Source: Anthoceros angustus
Taxonomy: Eukaryota > Plantae > Anthocerotophyta
Reading direction: 5' to 3'
Assembly (NCBI GenBank): GCA_010909165.1
Contig: VJWM01000011.1
Location: forward strand, 496,001 to 560,000
Length of the DNA stretch: 64,000 nt
This document shows, piece after piece, positions 61,466 through 64,000 of this stretch. Every line of letters starts with the position of its first letter. Positions within the stretch are counted from its first letter, which is position 1. Made by a program: the position numbers and the translations under genes. The notes under the pieces are model-generated. The model was not told the origin of the DNA and ran no database searches. It saw nothing but the letters and a program-made list of their open reading frames with translations.

Positions 61466-62564
61466 GTCCAGCTGCCCACAGACGAACTTCTCCTCCAATA
61501 CACTTTAGTACCGCAAACTCTGACATCCGCCCACCATGGCTAGTACCTCCACTCCAGTGTCTTCCCTCCTCCCCCAACACTCCAAGTACAATCCACAATA
61601 AGAGAAAGGCAGCCCCTTTGCTACAACTCCAGCGGCTCAGGGAGTCAACACCAGCTACTGCTACTAAAGCTGCTGCTGCTCACGAGCTGGAAGCTCTGTG
61701 ATGACTACCGAAAGGCAGCAGGGATCCTGCACAGTTTGTACCGTCGCCTCCTCCAGCTCCTCCAATGGCGAGCTGGGAGACTGCACGGAGCCACAGTGTC
61801 GACCTGGTAACAAACGGGTCACTCGCACGCGTTACCGTGTTGTTAAACTGTTATCAATTAAGGTCCGAGTGACGCTGCACTCGGTTCGGGGCGACGGGAG
61901 AGCAGCTTCATTTAAATGCTTTCCAAAACGGGCTGGGACCATGTCGGGCGAAGAAGGCGCCGTGTTACCGAGGCGGACGGCCGCCACGTCCAGATAAGGA
62001 GCAGGCCAATGGGCGAGCCAGGCGGACGCCGGAAATCTTCGCAGCCAATGGCAGGCGGCGGCCAGTAATCTTGTGCCAGCTTCCGTGTGTGTCGAGGCAA
62101 GGCGTGGGGCGGGCCCTGGCGGACAGATAATTTCGGCCTAGACAAAGATTTCGGTTTCGACACCATGTAAATTAGGGCATCCGGAAACGGATAGACTTGG
62201 GCACGCTTTTGGGCTTTCTGTTGTTGTTCTACTGTAAGTAGATAAGCATGCATCCACAACCTTGGGATGGGCGTGCACGAGGAAGGTCTCTCAGGACTCC
62301 AGGGACTGTGCACTGACCACTGTTTCCTTGTCTGGTAGGGGCCCAGGCTTGCTTGCAGAGCATGCCTCTTTGATGCCCTTCTAGAATATGGGGGAAAGAA
62401 GACAAGACACATCTTGTGGTGGTTGTTTTCACTGCCGTCCACAAAGGCCGAGACAGCACAATAATATGTATGTCCGTATGTACATCCTGATGAGTGCGGA
62501 CACTAGTATTTCTGGGTTCACTACCCAGGAGGCTGGTTGGGAGGGAGAGTGCTGCAGTACATGT

Positions 62565-64000
62565 CTAATTAGCTCGAATCTCTGGATGCGACCGCTCTCC
62601 GACGGATAGAGCCAAGTCCGTGTCCACGTTGAGAGAGATGTCCAGGGCTTCTACCGAGTGTGTCAAAGCGCCGCTGACGACCACCGAGACAGTGAGGAGG
62701 GTTAGTAGTGGGGATCCAAATGTACACGGAGGTGGGCTGTGAGAGCTTGGGAGGAGTACCTCGAAATGAATGTGACCCCGGTTGCTCCAATCTTGTGGAC
62801 GGAAGACAAGGTCACGTTGCCAGAAGCCTGATGTTTTTTGGGGGCAATGTCACCTTTGTCAGCTGATGGTCGGCGTAGGGAGGAAGCTGTAACCGCAGAG
62901 CAGTGGATGATGAGTTGTACCAACCTCAGTTTCAATCCGCCCGTTGATGAGTTGCAGAGCTTCCTCGAGCATGGATACATCTACATCTCCGTCCGGAAGT
63001 CGGACGACCATGTTGTCCAGCATAATTCGTGTTACTCTTCCTAGTCGCTTGTCTTGGCATTGTAGTACTTCTCTCACTTCATCTAGAGTCCGTGTTTCTA
63101 CCTGCAGGTAGTTAAAGCACGTGAAGAATGACCTGGATCTTCTTCGAGTAGAGATATTGCGTTCGTGCAGAAGCTGATAGACTAATCGCTAAAAATATAC
63201 TACAGCGAATACCTTGAAGTCAGAAGGCCAAAGAAAAGAAGCGGAGTAACTGGCTAGTACCTCGACGCCAATGTCGAGGTTATGTTCCTCGAGGTACTTT
63301 TCGACTGCGGAGATGGCTTGACTTATCCCACCAGCTACAGCAATATGGTTGTCCTTCACCATCACCATGTCAAAGAGGCCCATTCGGTGATTCTCTCCAC
63401 CACCTATCAATACCTGCACTACCTTTCTCAGCTATTCTGTGCTTACATGCTAGAAAGTTTGCACAGGGAGCGAAGTAATTCGTCTGACCGCCCACTTGTC
63501 GATTAGCCTCAAGCCCGGGACAGTCTTCCTCGTTTCCAGGATCCGGGCTGGTTTGGCGGCGTCTACCATCTTCTGCTTATCCACCAACATCAGCAGGACG
63601 CGGATTGAGGGCAGATTTTTGAACAAGGACAAGTGACGGTTTGGAGTACCCTTGTATTAGTGGCAATGCCGCTCATGCGCTGCATGAAGTTGAGCACGAC
63701 TCTCTCCGCCAGAAGAATGCTTCTTGCACTCCCTGCGCATGGCATGTTCTGAGTTCATGACCCAACTTCACCGTGCTCATCAGCACAAGAGCTGCGAGGA
63801 TACATCAACACACCCACCACGTACGACACCAAATTGCTGCCCCTTCCTTATCGAATCCCCATCCTGAGCAGTCCATTCAACCTGCCACTCAGCAAGTTCC
63901 AAATCTTTAGCTCCATGAAGTGACACAATTTGCAGGAAGCAAAGCTCAGTGACGGGCGGCATGTTTCACCTGCAGCTGCTGATCCACCTCCTGGAAAACA
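62565..64000 (-). CDS. nadC: Quinolinate phosphoribosyltransferase (NAD biosynthesis), 3' exons; 5' end lies beyond the window
   Basis: [90 protein letters not shown]; stop at 62565-62567. Confidence 0.95.

Overview
This is eukaryotic land-plant nuclear DNA: gene-dense, with ~75-150 bp GT-AG introns and AT-rich transposon islands. A PLS-class PPR gene with a KPAxA/HAEKLA DYW domain ending in DRH points to a hornwort such as Anthoceros (inference). Genes in order: CRCK3-like receptor kinase with an eight-cysteine ectodomain (+), glutamate decarboxylase (-), intronless fused alpha-beta glycyl-tRNA synthetase (+), BODYGUARD-like hydrolase (+), type-A response regulator (+), secreted single-DUF26-like protein (-), PDF-motif/PLS/E/DYW:KP RNA-editing factor (-), HflX GTPase (+), BCM1-like CAAX protease (-), and the 3' part of quinolinate phosphoribosyltransferase (-). 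Mobile DNA comprises a truncated LINE, a spliced IS3EU-like DDE transposase, a full-length chromoviral Ty3/gypsy element (LTRs, PBS, PPT, TSD), Tc1/mariner MITEs, a foldback element, minisatellites and a short organellar LSU rRNA fragment. The first ~21 kb and the retroelement interior contain many microhomology-bounded copies of nearby sequence with homopolymer indels, most likely long-read consensus artefacts, so frameshifts there should not be read as pseudogenisation. The most interesting candidates are the OSB-type PDF motif fused to a probable U-to-C editing DYW:KP protein, the LTP-like ectodomain on the kinase, and the intron-containing IS3EU-like transposase.
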